Origin: Prasinococcaceae sp. CCMP 1430
Taxonomy: Eukaryota; Plantae; Prasinodermophyta
Assembly (NCBI GenBank): GCA_013416795.1
Contig: RQSC01000031.1
Span: forward strand, 358,573 to 422,572
DNA length: 64,000 nt
Reading direction: 5' to 3'
Shown here one piece after another: positions 43,636 to 55,361 of the stretch (the first letter of the stretch is position 1; each line of letters opens with the position of its first letter). The position numbers were made by a program, and so were the translations under genes. The notes under the pieces are model-generated. The model made no database searches and was not told the DNA's origin. It saw nothing but the letters and a program-made list of their open reading frames with translations.

Positions 43636-44597
43636 GTCGACGGGAGCGCGTGCGTACGTGTGCCTGCGTGTGCCCATCCGCACGCGCGCACGGCAGGGAG
43701 ATATCACGCGCATGTCAGAGGGTCAGCCGTCTGCATGCGGACTCGAGGGCGCGCGCGCGGCGTGCGCACGTTCGGCAGAGTTCTGGGTGGAGAGAGGAGA
43801 GGTAGGGACGGGGGAGGGGAAGGGGCAGCGGGCCGCACGCGCGCGCCCCGCCCGGCCCGGATGAAACAAAGCTTCGCCGCCCACGCCTCGCCGCGCCTCA
43901 CCTCGCACGTTGTGGCGCGCGCGCGCTTGCCCGTCCCCTTCTCCTTCTTTCCCCCCCCCCCCCCCTCCTCCCGCAGGCCGCCAGGCCGCGCCCGCGGCCG
44001 GCGCTGCCCTCGCGATCGGGCAGCGCCCGCTCCGCGGCGGCCACCTGTTCGTCCTCGTTCCTCCGCCCTCCGCGCCTGCGCGCGGCGCTTCCGCGCGCGC
44101 GCCAGCGCGCGAAGGGGAACGGGGTTCCAAATTCTCCTTCCAATCCGGAATCCCATGGACTCCACCAGGTCAATCAACGTCACAAACCTGGGCTCGGTCG
44201 CACGGCGGACGCAATGCTCTCCCCGGGATTCCCTGTTCCTCGAGCGGCGGTTGGTTTCGAGTGGTTGGGGCGACGCAAGCGCCAACGGGAGTCACGCGGA
44301 TCGCGCGCGCGGGACGCCATCAAATGCCATCAAAACGCACGCGCCAGCCATCACACGCACACGTGAACGTTCCATCAAAACGAACGCGCGCGGCGGGGCG
44401 CACGCGCAGGTGCCAGTTGGCGCCGGCCGCGCGTCGCCGCGGGCGGGCACGCCCATTTTTTATTTCACTGCATTCCTCTCTTCGGAGCGCTTCCGGCCTG
44501 CGCGCGGCCTTCGCGCGGCCTCCCCCCCCGCGGTGGTGCCGCATCGCGTCGGATCGAGTGCTGGGTCCGCGCCGTCTCGGCTCGACGTCGATGCGGC

Positions 44598-44598
<1 letters not shown>

Positions 44599-44629
<31 letters not shown>
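44599..44629. repeat. Poly(dT) tract of about 31 nt upstream of GSTK
   Basis: Uninterrupted T run in a GC-rich divergent promoter. Shorter A/T runs occur in other intergenic regions (about 19614, 31298, 31326, 42479, 58113). Confidence 0.9.
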
Positions 44630-44632
<3 letters not shown>

Positions 44633-44702
44633 CGCGCGGGCGCGCGCGCGGGCGTGCGTGTTGTGTGTCCGCTCGCGCGCGCGCGCGCGCGCTGCGGGGG
44701 CG

Positions 44703-45710
44703 ATGGCGGCCTCCGGGACGCGGCAGCGCGTGGACGTGTTTTACGACGTGGGCTCGCCGTACTCGTGGCTCGCGCTGGAGACGCTCTGGGCGTACCGCGG
44801 GGCGTGGGCGCTCGACCTGCGCCTGCGGCCTGCGCTGCTCGGCGGCGTCTTCAAGGCGTGCGGCAACATGCCGCCCGCGCTGGCGGCACCGTTCAAGGCG
44901 CCACAGATGATGAAGGACATGTCTCGCGCCGCCGCACAATGGTGGGGCGCGCGCGCGCGCTGCCGACGCGGCTGGGTGTGCTGCGTGGGCGCGTCTCGCC
45001 GCTGGCGCGCGCGCAGGCCGAGGAGGGGAGGAGGAGCTGCAGGCTTTTTGGACCTCGGGCACTGACGGCGCTGTGTGCGCTCGCAGGGGCGTGCCGGTGG
45101 TGGGCGCGCCGGGAAACTTCGTGACTGGCTTCAGTACCACGAAAGGCATGAGGTTCTTGGCGGCCGCGGCGAAGAAGTACGGCGAGACGGACCCGCGGCT
45201 GATGGCGCTCACGCGCGGCGTCTACGCCCACACATGGGGGGAGGCGGGCGCTGGAAAGGACGTCACCCTCGCGCCGGAAGCGCTGAGAGACGCAGCGCGG
45301 CGTGCGGGGCTCCTTGAAGACGCCGACGAGCTCATCGCGGCGTCAGCTTCGGACGACGGCAAGGTACGCTGCGCTGTGCAGCACACACAACCTCTGACGT
45401 GCCCGACTGAGCGCTGACATCACTGCGTTGATGTGCGCCCCCTTGTGCACATCGCGCGAACCCCCATCCGTGCAAAAAGGCGGCCCTACGCGAGGCCACT
45501 GCGGCTGCGGTGGAGGACGGCGCCTTCGGGTTTCCATGGATCGTCGTGCGCGCGCCTTTCGTGCATCCACTGCCAAAGCTCGGACCCGCCGCCAAGCCGC
45601 CCGCTGAGGGCGAACCGCTGTGCTTCTTTGGTTCGGACAGGTTCGAGCAAATGGCCTATTTGCTGGGCAAGCCGTGGGCCGGGCCGAGGGGCCCGCAGGC
45701 GAAGCTATGA
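44703..45710 (+). CDS. GSTK1: Glutathione S-transferase kappa (DsbA/HCCA isomerase fold), about 3 exons
   Basis: VDVFYDVGSPYSWL...LRLRPALLGGVFKACGNMPP and C-terminal VEDGAFGFPWIVV...FFGSDRFEQMAYLLGKPWAGP. Confidence 0.88.
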
Positions 45711-45777
45711 GCAAGGCGCCAGCGAACGCACGCGTCGCCCAGCGAGCGAGAGATGTATCACACCCCATGGTATTTTA

Positions 45778-47081
45778 TTACATCCCAGCGAGTTCGGCCC
45801 ATTGCGCGAGCAGTTCCCTCGTGACGATGGCTCCGCCGCAGCATACGACTACCACAGGCCCCTCCCTACCTTGGACGGCCGCGCGCAGCTCCTCAGCGGC
45901 GCCGTAGGCAGCTGCGAGGGCGGCACCGCACGCGGGCTCCACCAGGACGCGCTGATCTTCGGAGAGCCGCACCGCCGCGCCTGCAGCATCCTCGTCTGTG
46001 CACGTCCACGTCGACACCAAGCCTGTGTGCGAGCGCGCCGCGCACACGCGCGCGGTTGCAGAGAGGCCCCGCCGCAATCACGCACGCGCGGGCATGCGGG
46101 GTGTCAGTTTCAATAACGCGTGGCGCACGTCGCGCGGCAAGGACCCGCCCTTGTGCTCTCCCTGCGCGTGAGCACGACAGCCCAACGCACCCTTCGCTGC
46201 CCGCTTCGTGCATTCGTCAAATACAGTTGGCGACGCTCTGTCCGCGCCGAGAGACTTGGCGATCGACGTGATACCCGGCAGAGTGACGAGCTCGCCAGCG
46301 TCCAACGCCGCCGCGAGACAGTTGGCGCCGTGTGTCTCGCACGCAACGACACGCACGCTTTCGCCCCAGCCGTTGCGGTCGACGCCGCGCAGCACGCCCA
46401 TGAGCAGGCCTCCGCCACCCACCGAAGCGACGATGGCCGCGGGCTCGGCGCCCTGCAGGTGTCGCGTGGCGAGGCCACGGCGCGTGGCCAACGCACAGGG
46501 AAGGCGCACTGGTCAGCTGGAAGCGCTCGTCTTGTTCCTCGGACACGACACGCGCGCGAGTCGCGCGCGACTTCGCGCCGCGCTGCCCATCTGCGCGCAC
46601 TCACACCAAGCTGCTCCTTGATCTCGTCGACGAGGCTCGCGTTGCCGTCCCACGTGGCCTCGCCTTCGAACGGATGCACCATGGCGCCGTTGCGCTCGGC
46701 GCAGACCTTCTCGGCGAACGCGTTCGCCTCGGCCCACTGCGAGCCGTGCACGGTGACCTTGGCGCCGTACGACTCGAGGCGGGCGCGCACGAATTCGGGC
46801 GTGGACGATGGCACGCACACCTCGCATGGCAGGCCGAGCGCCCGCGCGGCGTACGCGGCGGCGAGCCCCGCGTTGCCGCCGGAGCTGGATACGATCTCGC
46901 TCGCGCCAGCAGCCTTGGCAGCCGCACACGTCGCCCCGATGCCGCGTAGCTTAAACGATCCCGAGGGCTGTGCGTTCTCCAGCTTGAGCATCACCTCGCG
47001 CCCCATCGCCGCGCTCAGCGCCTCGGAGCGCACGAGCGGCGTCTCGACGTGCAGCCGCTCGGGCGCGGCCGCGCGCGCCAT
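45778..47081 (-). CDS. L-serine/L-threonine dehydratase (SDS/SDSL-like, PLP fold II), spliced
   Basis: LHVETPL...LKLENAQPSGSFKLRGIG, SSSGGNAGLAAAY, HPFEG...WDGNASLVDEI, SVGGGGLLMG, ITSIAKSLGA, LVEPACGAALA, VCCGG. Confidence 0.92.
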
Positions 47082-47085
47082 CGCG

Positions 47086-47149
47086 NNNNNNNNNNNNNNN
47101 NNNNNNNNNNNNNNNNNNNNNNNNNNNNNNNNNNNNNNNNNNNNNNNNN
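47086..47149. other. Assembly gap (64 N) covering the SDS/CDC123 divergent promoter
   Basis: Run of N. Confidence 0.99.
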
Positions 47150-48389
47150 GCGCTGCGCCGGGCGGACGTGGACGCGTGCGCCGCGCACCGCTGGCGGAGC
47201 ACCTTCGGAGCGCTCGCGCTGCCCGGCGCGCGAGAGCTCGGCCCGCTGCCGCGCGACTTCGTGCGGTGGCTCGTGGCAGACGGCGTCTTCGCGGGCGACG
47301 ACTCCAGGGCGGTGCCGGCGCGTGCTGACGAGCTCGACAGGGCAGCGGCATTCTCAGGTGAGCACCCGCGGCGCATGCGCTCCCATTGCCGGTCCCGCGC
47401 TGCTGCTGTCCACTGGCGCTCGCGAGGAGCCGCCGGCAGCCAGCGCGCACGCTGATGAGCACGCGCCTCTGCGCTACGCAGAGTCCGATTCCGAATCGGA
47501 GAGCGACGGCGACAGCGACTCGGTCGAAGAGCCTGCCTTTCCCAAGCTCTCTGTTGAGATCGACGCGGCAATTGCGGCTCTTGGCGGCGCGGTGCTGCCC
47601 AAACTCAACTGGTCGGCACCCAAGGACGCCGTGTGGCTTTCCCCGACGGGCTCAGCCAAGTGCACAAACGCGGAGGAGGTGCTCCTGCTGCTCAAGGCAT
47701 CCGACTCGATCGCGCACGACGTGTGCGATGCATACCACTGCTGTATCGACAACGACCGCGGCGCGGAGCGCCCTGAGAGCGCGGACGGGCCGCACGGCGG
47801 AGATATGTTCCTGACGCTCCGCAGGTGGCACGAGCTGCGGCCGGCGATGCTGTTCCGCTGCTTCGTGCGCTCGCGCCGGCTCGTGGGCGCGTGCCAGCGA
47901 GACCCATCGCAGTTCTTTCCCTTCCTGAGGGACGAGCGCAGTCGCCTCGTGCACGCCATTGGCGCGTTCGTGCGCGAGCGCATCGCGCCGCGCTTCGAGA
48001 GGGAGCACGTCGTCGTCGACGTGTACGTGCAACAGAGCGGCGATCAGATGAAGGTCCACCTCGTCGACTTCAACCCCGCTGGCGGCAGCACGCTACCGCT
48101 CATGTTCGAGTGGGAGGAGCTCGGGTACGATTGCTCCGAGGGTGGAGGCGTCGCGGGCGGGCAAAGCGGTGGCGAGGCTGGCGGCGCGGGGGGGGAGGAT
48201 TGTGCTGGCCACGACGACGATGGTGGTGCTTTCGAGCTGCGCATCGTCGAGGAGGAGCAGATGGTGCGACCTGGACTGCGCCTCGGCGTGCCGCTCGACA
48301 TGGTTGACACCTCTGCGGGTGGTGCCATCGATCAGGCGATGAAGAATTTTGAGCTTCAGCGGCGGCAGCGGCAGGAGGAGCGACAATAG
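47150..48389 (+). CDS. CDC123: Cell division cycle protein 123 (ATP-grasp, eIF2 assembly factor); start lies in the gap
   Basis: W...F, LPRDFVRWLVADG, GAVLPKLNWSAPKDAVW, EEVLLLLKASDSIAHD, LRRWHELRPAMLFRCFV, DVYV...LVDFNP, LMFEWEEL. Confidence 0.92.
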
Positions 48390-48688
48390 AGCGGCACTGC
48401 GTCCTTGCGCACCTCCGGCGCTCGCACAATTCGGCCTCGCCGAAGCTGCCGGTGGTGGGGTGTACTGCAATCGCACCATCTACAGAGATTATTAAAAACC
48501 ACAACGTGCCACAGCCATGCCTACCCCGAGCGGAGTGTGGTGCCCGGGCGCCCGCTGGTGAGCACTGGCTGCTGGTGCGCGCTGCTGGACGAAGCGGGGC
48601 GGGGCGGCTACAGGAGGCCAGCCGCGGGAACCCCTGCCCGCCTGCGCTGCGCAGTGCGCGCGAGTTCGACCGGCACAACTCTCAACCC

Positions 48689-48990
48689 TCAATCGCTCGG
48701 CGGCGGGCCGACCACGAAGACGTAGACGAACAGCAGCGCGAGGCACACGCCGATGCCGCCCTTGGCGAACGCCTCCGAATTCCACCCGCGGAGCGCGCGG
48801 TCCTCAGTGCGCCGGATGTCGTCGTACGCAAAGTTCCCGGTGCCCTTGGAGGACGACTCGCGCGGCCTCTCCATGACGTCGACGTAGTCGGACATGTCGG
48901 ATATCTTGAGCTGCTTGCGCATGTTCGTGAGAAACTCCTCGCGGCGGCGCTGCTCGCGCTGCTCGCTCTCGCAGCGGCGCCTGCGGCTGT
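48689..48990 (-). CDS. Small hypothetical protein with C-terminal TM helix; 5' end overlaps EMC10 or is missing
   Basis: ...REEFLTNMRKQLKISDMSDYVDVMERP...FAYDDIRRTEDRALRGWNSEAFAKGGIGVCLALLFVYVFVVGPPPSD*. Coding-like codon usage; ATG at 48922. Confidence 0.55.
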
Positions 48991-49894
48991 GGCGGCGGGT
49001 CTGAAGGATGATGACGAGCTGGTTGAGGAGTCGCCGGTGCAGGAGAAGCGCGCGAAGGTGGCGGCCGGCGCGGGCGCTCTGCGCGTGAAGAAGGGCGGCA
49101 AGGGCAACAGCGAGGCCGCCTCGCTCCGCGCCATCGAGCTGCCCATCGCGCACAACCTCGGCGCGTCCGGGGCCTTCGTGCCCGCGGGTGCCTTTACCGC
49201 CAAGGCCGGCTTTGCGATGGTGAAGGGCTCGCAATCGCTGCACGTCAAGGCGCTGCGCCTCAAGCGCACACAGCTGTCCGCCGACGAGCAGGACGCCCTC
49301 TCAGCGCTGGTCGCGGCCGACGCGTACTACACGCTCGCTGTGCCGGCCGGCCTATTCGCGGCCGAGGGTGACGGCGGGGAGGCTGCTGCCGCCGAGGCCG
49401 CTGCGGGCGAGGGGTCTGGGGCCGGCGGTCGCGTGCTGGCGTCGGTGCGCGCGCGCTGCCTCGCCGACGCAGGCCTGCAGGAGCACGTCGTGTTGCACCT
49501 AGACTTCTCGGGCAACGTCGTGGCCATGGACATCTCGACGCCCACGCACGACTGCTCCGCCGAGTCGGATGGCCTGCCGCCGCAGCGCTGGGACTTCTCG
49601 TCCACGGCCGCGCCCAAGTTTCCCAAAGTGGCGCCGCGCCTCAACCCGAACGGCGGCGCGGACGACGAGGACGAGGACGATCTCGCCGGCACGGGCGCCC
49701 GCGGCGGCGGAGGCGGCGGCGGCAAGAAGAAGGAGGAAACGCCGCAGAGCTTCTTTGACAAGTACAAGATATACATCTACGGCTTCTTGGCCGTCCAGGT
49801 CATCCAGGGCTTGCTGGCGCCAGCCCAAGAGAGGCAGGGCGCACAGGGCGGCCGCGCGGCGGGAGGCGGCGGCGGCGGCGGAGCAGCCAAGTAA
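48935..49894 (+). CDS. EMC10: ER membrane protein complex subunit 10; start codon not found
   Basis: Signal-peptide core LLAAALLALLALAAAP, then LPIAHNLG...F..G, YYTL, VLASVRARCL...LQEHVVLHLDFSGNVVA, and C-terminal QSFFDKYKIYI TM segment. Confidence 0.82.
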   Translation, partial: LLAAALLALLALAAAPAAVAAGLKDDDELVEESPVQEKRAKVAAGAGALRVKKGGKGNSEAASLRAIELPIAHNLGASGAFVPAGAFTAKAGFAMVKGSQSLHVKALRLKRTQLSADEQDALSALVAADAYYTLAVPAGLFAAEGDGGEAAAAEAAAGEGSGAGGRVLASVRARCLADAGLQEHVVLHLDFSGNVVAMDISTPTHDCSAESDGLPPQRWDFSSTAAPKFPKVAPRLNPNGGADDEDEDDLAGTGARGGGGGGGKKKEETPQSFFDKYKIYIYGFLAVQVIQGLLAPAQERQGAQGGRAAGGGGGGGAAK

Positions 49895-50177
49895 GCACAA
49901 TCGCGGTCACCTTGCCACCCTCCGCTATGATGCCTGCGCGAGGCGCGGCGCCACCGCGCACTACCACCGGCGAGAGCGCGGGGTCGTAAAGGCGAGGCCT
50001 GTCGATCGGCCAAGCGGGTCGCACGATGAGTCATTATATGGGGGACCCGGGGAGCGAGCAGGGGGCGCTACGCCCATCGAGGCCACGCAACGCCACACGA
50101 GGCAGCACAGGCCGCGCCCTTCGGCGCGCTCGAGGCGCGGGCCGTCCGCCGCTGCGCAGGGCGGGCGTCGGCGCTCA

Positions 50178-50959
50178 CTACATGCGGTACGCTCCGCGCA
50201 TCCAGTGGCCAAACGCGAAGACGCCGCTCAGCACGCCCGTCACGCCATAGAACATCGCCGTTGTGAGGCTGGTCGACGCCGCCGCGTCGATGAAGTCCTG
50301 CTTCTCCATGCAGTCAGGGGGGGGCTTCGCACCTGCGGGGCATATGCCAGCGCGGATGCGGAAAGGACGGGCGGAGAGCCGCGAGCGGTGAGGCATCGGG
50401 GCGCCGCCCCGGCAGATTCCAGTCAGCGCATCGGGCTCTTGCGCGCGCGGCGTGCATGTGCGCAGCGCACGGCGCAGCTCGGACGGGCGCGGCGCGGCGC
50501 TGCACGGACCAGGCATGCCGCAAAAACCACCCTCGGGCTCGGCGAGCTCGATGAACTCGTACTCGTTCTTGATGAGCACGGACAGCACGAATGGCACGAT
50601 GACACCCATGACCGACATGAAGCAGCAGCCGAGCGAGGCTGTTCGCGCAAGAGAGACCGCGCGGCGACCGCAGCGCCAGCGGGAGGCGCGCATAGCCCGC
50701 GGGGCAGTCAGCTCTCGTCTCGGCCCCGCAGCAGCGCTCGATTCGCGCTGCCGCCCGTAGCTCCGCACCCGCCGACTACGATCGAGCCCTGATCGACGGC
50801 GAGGATGAGGGCGAGGGGAAGGTGGGGGGGCACGCGCGGGAGGGCGGCCTGCGCAGCACGCGAAAATGGCGGCAGCGCACGCGAGCTGAGCGCACACGGT
50901 AGAGGCACAGAGACAGAGGGCAGGGACGCACCTAGCGGGGAGCACGGGTTGGACACCAT
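50178..50959 (-). CDS. RNASEK / V-ATPase subunit f-like small two-TM protein, 3 exons
   Basis: Spliced reading MVSNPCSPL|ASLGCCFMSVMGVIVPFVLSVLIKNEYEFIELAEPE|GAKPPPDCMEKQDFIDAAASTSLTTAMFYGVTGVLSG. Splice phases are consistent; the C...S..GVI...L and AA...A..Y spacing resembles RNASEK. Confidence 0.5.
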
Positions 50960-51629
50960 CGCGCCGAGGCGTCCCTCCTCTTCCCCGACCCCTTTCTCCC
51001 CCTTTCTCCGCCTCGCCCCCCTCCTTCCGCGACCCTCCCCCCGCGGGCGCCCGCGCGCGCCGCGCGCGCGCGCTGTGGCGCTGCTGGCAAGGCACAGGCA
51101 CACTCAATGTAATTTGACCTGTCAGTGGCAGCGGTGCGTTGCTGGCATTGAAATTCGTATGGGCCATCAGAACGCATTCGGAACCGCCGAGGCGTGGGTG
51201 CGGCCGCGGCGACGCGGAAGGCTCCTCGTGGGGGGTGTTGAGAATTCACGTCCATATCTAGGGCGGCGGCCAAATAGGCCGCCACTTGGGTGGCGTCCTT
51301 CTGGATGATGCTCGTACCGGTAGCCGTCTTCACGGACGTCGACCCGTCCTTAGGCTTGCGCTGCGCGGCGATGCACGCGACGGCCGCGGCGAGGCGCGCG
51401 AGAGAAGCTAATCGTGCGCTTGTGTCGCACCAGGATGGCCTCGGTCGCGAAGCCATAGTTGGTTCCGAAGCAAGCGTGTGAGCGGCGCACCAGCTTGCGC
51501 CCATCGTAGCACAACCCTTGCAGATCGTGAGGCAGTCGGCCTTGCTCCTCGCTCCGCGGCACAAGGTCCGCCATGTCTTTCAGCATCCACAGCAACTGTC
51601 CATTGTCTGCGCGCTTGGCGGCGCGCACC

Positions 51630-51980
51630 TCGAGCTCCGCCATCATGGCGGGACTGGGAGACGTCAGGGCCCCCAGTACGCCCACCACCGCCTGGTTGTC
51701 CTCGAAGTGCCGCACCACCTGCGCCCTGAGACGTGATGCGAGGCACTCCATCGCCTGCGTCACCGCCCGCAGCTCCAAGGCGGTGATGTGCGACTCGCGT
51801 TCCTTCTGCGTCCACGTGCCCCGGGCCTCCGCAGCGTCTGGTTCGCCCGCTCCTACCACGCCGCCCCACGCGTACCCTGATGAGTCGGTGTGCAGTGTGA
51901 CCGTCGGGACCAGTTGCCACAGCGGGCGCTCCATGGCCTCGTCGGGCAGGCGCGCCCACCACCTGAGGTCGGTCAGCGCC
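51630..51980 (-). mobile_element. Relic of a DIRS-type (tyrosine-recombinase) retrotransposon: RNase H domain
   Basis: DLRWW...LHTDSSGYAWGG...ARGTWTQKERESHITALELRAV...HFEDNQAVVGVL...SPAMMAEL matches the RNase_HI_RT_DIRS1 pattern (TDAS..GWG, HIN.LEL.AV, DN..AV). No reverse transcriptase, recombinase or terminal repeats were seen. Confidence 0.8.
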
Positions 51981-52649
51981 CCGTGACCGAGGCGCACATG
52001 CCCCCCCCCGCCCCGCAGCTCGCCCATGGCGTCGTATGCCAAAAAAAATCCCAACCCGCATTCGAAGCCACCTCGCCGACGCGGCGCGGCCGTTCGACTC
52101 CATTCTTTCCCCCTCCCGCGCCATGTCAGCGGACCAGAATTCGCGCCTCGCTCCCGCGGTCGGGATTCTGCGCCGCGCAGGCGCGCGGAATCCCGTCCCG
52201 CTGGATGATGCCTGTTCTATGACCTTCGACGCCACCTATGGATTCCATTTGATTCAAATGGGTTCCACTGTTCGACGCGCGCGCGTTTTTTGGCGGGGAG
52301 TGCGCTGCGGCGCACCGCACTGCAGGTGCCACAGCGCGCGCGTGACGGTGTTGTGCCTCCCCACCCGGGCGCCGCGCCCCGTCCCGTGCTAGGAGCCGTC
52401 GCAGGGCATTGCCGAGCCTGGGAGAGGGGGTGGAGGCGGCAGGGGAGGCGGCGCGCGTGACCGCGCGCGCGCCCGCACGCGCGCGCGCTCGGGCTGGGCT
52501 GAGCGTGTGGCTGGGGGGGGGGCGTCTGCCCCGCCTGCCAGTGCTGCGCCTGCGGCCAGTGGGCGGGCGGGCAGGTGGGCGCACGTGGAGGTTTGCTTTG
52601 CGGTTGCGTCATTGAGGTGGGTGGTTGGGTGAGCGACGGGGTGGTCACC

Positions 52650-54054
52650 ATGATGTCGCGTGCGGCCGCTGCGGCCGCTCGCTCGACGCGGCGGCTGTTC
52701 GCCTCGGCGGCGTCCGCGCAGACCGCCGCGGCGACCGCTGAGGCGCCGGCGGCGCCGCGCACGAACCTCGTCGGCGCAATCAACGCCGCGATGGACTCTG
52801 TGCTCGAGTCGGACCCGACCGCGTGCGTCTTTGGGGAGGGTGCGTGCGCAGAGCCTGCTCCGAAGCGCATGGAGCGGTCCGCGGACGCGGGGCACACGCG
52901 CCTTGAGATGCGCGCGGGCGGCGCACTCCCTGCGTGGCGCGGCCCCTGACGCGAGCGCGCCACTGCCCGCCCTGCGCGCGCGCGCGCGCGCATGCGCTGC
53001 CGCCGCTCCGTCCGCAGACGTCGCGTTCGGCGGCGTCTTCCGGTGTACTGCAGGCCTCGGCGAGAAGTACGGCAGTGACCGCGTCTTCAACACGCCGCTG
53101 TGCGAGCAGGGCATCGCTGGCTTTGGCGTGGGCCTCGCGGCGCAGGGGCACACCGCCATTGCTGAGATCCAATTCGCCGATTACATATTCCCTGCATTCG
53201 ACCAGGTACGCGCGCGCGCGCCGCCACGCAGCAGCGCTGCCCTTGCCGTGCGGCGCTTGTGCGCAGTGCGGGCGCCGGTGCAGGTCGCGGCTGCTGGGTG
53301 TGGGTCACGCGCGCTGACTTGTAGTGCCCCGCGCGCGATCTCGCGACCGCAGCTGGTGAACGAGGCTGCCAAGTACCGCTACCGCTCCGGCGGACAGTTC
53401 GACTGCGGCGGCCTGACGGTGCGCGCGCCGTGCGGCGCCGTTGGCCACGGCGGGCACTATCACTCGCAGTCGCCCGAGGCTTACTTCGCGCACACTCCCG
53501 GGCTCGTCGTCGTCATGCCGAGGGGACCGCGGGAGGCCAAGGGGTTGCTGCTCTCCAGCATCAGGAGTCGCGACCCCGTCATATTTTTGGAGCCTAAAGC
53601 GCTGTACCGCACGGCCGTCGACGAGGTGCCGGCGGAGGACTACGAGCTGCCCCTTGGCCAGGCAGACGTGGTGCGCTCGGGCGGCGACGTGACCCTCGTG
53701 GGATGGGGTGCGCAGGTGCACGTGCTAACCGCCGCTGCCGAGAAGGCTCAAGCGGAGCTCGGCGTGGAGTGCGAGGTGATTGACCTGCGCACTCTGCTGC
53801 CATGGGACCGCGCCACGGTCGAGGCGTCCGCGTCCAAGACAGGCAGGCTCATCGTCAGCCACGAGGCGCCGATCACCGCGGGCCTTGGTGCGGAAATTGT
53901 CGCCCGCGTGGCGGATCGCTGCTTTCTGCGCATGGAGAGCCCGCCGCTGCGCGTGTGCGGCTACGACACGCCCTTCCCGCTCGTTCACGAGCCGTTCTAT
54001 GTGCCGGACGAGCTGCGCGTGCTTGAGGCCATCAAGAGGTCGGTGCGCTTCTGA
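52650..54054 (+). CDS. BCKDHB: Branched-chain 2-oxoacid dehydrogenase E1 beta subunit, mitochondrial; 2 introns
   Basis: [10 protein letters not shown]...VFGE|[11 protein letters not shown]...[15 protein letters not shown]...[14 protein letters not shown]|[13 protein letters not shown]...[12 protein letters not shown]. Confidence 0.97.
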
Positions 54055-54175
54055 GCAGCGGTGATCAATCAATTTTTTACAGTTTCCAGTCCGCCGCTCG
54101 CGCGGCGGGCCGTCTCTTCGCATGCGTCAGGGAGAGCTCTCCGAGGCTGCGGGAGTGCGAACGCGTGCCCACACC

Positions 54176-54967
54176 TCAAGCCGAGACCTCGACGTCCTCG
54201 CCAGGGACCTCGAAAGTGAGCGCCTCCTTGACGTACTTGACGCCCGCCCCCACCGAGCCCAACGCGACGAGGCCCGCGCCGATGTGCCAGTCAAAGCCGT
54301 CGTCATACGACACGCCGCGCGCCATGAGCGTCGCCACGAAAGGGATCGAGAAGAAGCCCGTGAGCTGCGCGACACGCAAGCGCAGGCGGAAGCCGCCGCA
54401 CGCGTCAGTCCTCGGCGCAGGCTCGCGCGCGCCAGCGCCCGCGCGAGCGCGCAAAGCGTACCTCGGCGTTGATGATCTTCTTCATGCGGTTCGCGAGCTT
54501 CTCCCCGACCACCGGCGGCACGCCGTCGGCTTCGGTCATGGCAATCTGGCAGCGGATGATGTTGGCCGTGCAGAACAGGCTCGCCGAGCCCACGACACCG
54601 AAGAGAAACATCTTCGTCCAGAAGAGGGGCTCATGCTGGTAGAAGTCCCACCCCTTGCCGTATTGCGTCACGCGCAGGTAGCCGGTGTACAGCATCCCAA
54701 TGCCGGCGATGCCATAGACAGAGTCGGCCACGAGGAGCGTGGTGAGGTCGTCCTTGGTGGGCTTGGCGCTCACGGTCAGGCGCTCCACCGTGAGGGACGC
54801 AATCATGAGCGTCAAGCACAGGAAGTGGCCTGCGTCGGGCGCGGGTTGAGGTGGGCGTGCGGCGCTCGCGTCAGAGGGCCGCTGCGGACGTCACGCGCGG
54901 CGCCGCGCGCCGCGGCGGGCCGCACCGCGGCCGCCGCCGCGCGCGGCGCTGCCGCCGCGAACGCCAT
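54176..54967 (-). CDS. DUF2214-like membrane protein with plastid transit-like N-terminus, spliced
   Basis: GHFLCL...ERL...ADSVYGIAG...TGYLRVTQYGKGWDFYQHEPLFWTKMFLF...|..IPFVATLMARGVSY. The first exon junction is unclear. Confidence 0.7.
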
Positions 54968-55122
54968 GGCCCTCGTGGAGTCGAGAGGGGGGCGGTGGGG
55001 GCGGGGGAGGGGTGACGCGAGTGAGGGCCGCGGCGGGCGCCTGCTCAACGTGTGGCGCACCCACAGCGTGCACAGCCCTCACCTCAAACGGATAACGCCG
55101 CTGCCGCTGCCTCCCCGCCCCA

Positions 55123-55134
55123 TTAGGGTTTAGG
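55123..55134. promoter_or_regulatory. Telo-box/telomere-like motif TTAGGGTTTAGG upstream of the DUF2214 gene
   Basis: Nearly two plant-type telomere units about 160 bp upstream of the ATG at 54967. Confidence 0.45.
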
Positions 55135-55361
55135 CGAATTCGAAGGAGCACCACACATCAGCATGATGGGAACCGCCTCGGCTGCAGCAGCGTGACGTGG
55201 ATGTGCGTGCAACTGCCAACGCGTCGTATATCCAATGGGCTGTGGGGTCAAATTACAAAAAAAATGGTGGGCGCCGCGCGAGGCGGGGCCGCCGGGGGAA
55301 GGGTGTGTGTGGGGGGGGGAAAGGGGGCGTTTGAGGCGCCGGGGTCCGCAGCCGGCGGGCT

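Noticed and set aside
44599-44629. Poly-T as the tail of a SINE or retrocopy
   Set aside because: There is no room for an element body before the GSTK ATG and no target-site duplication was seen.
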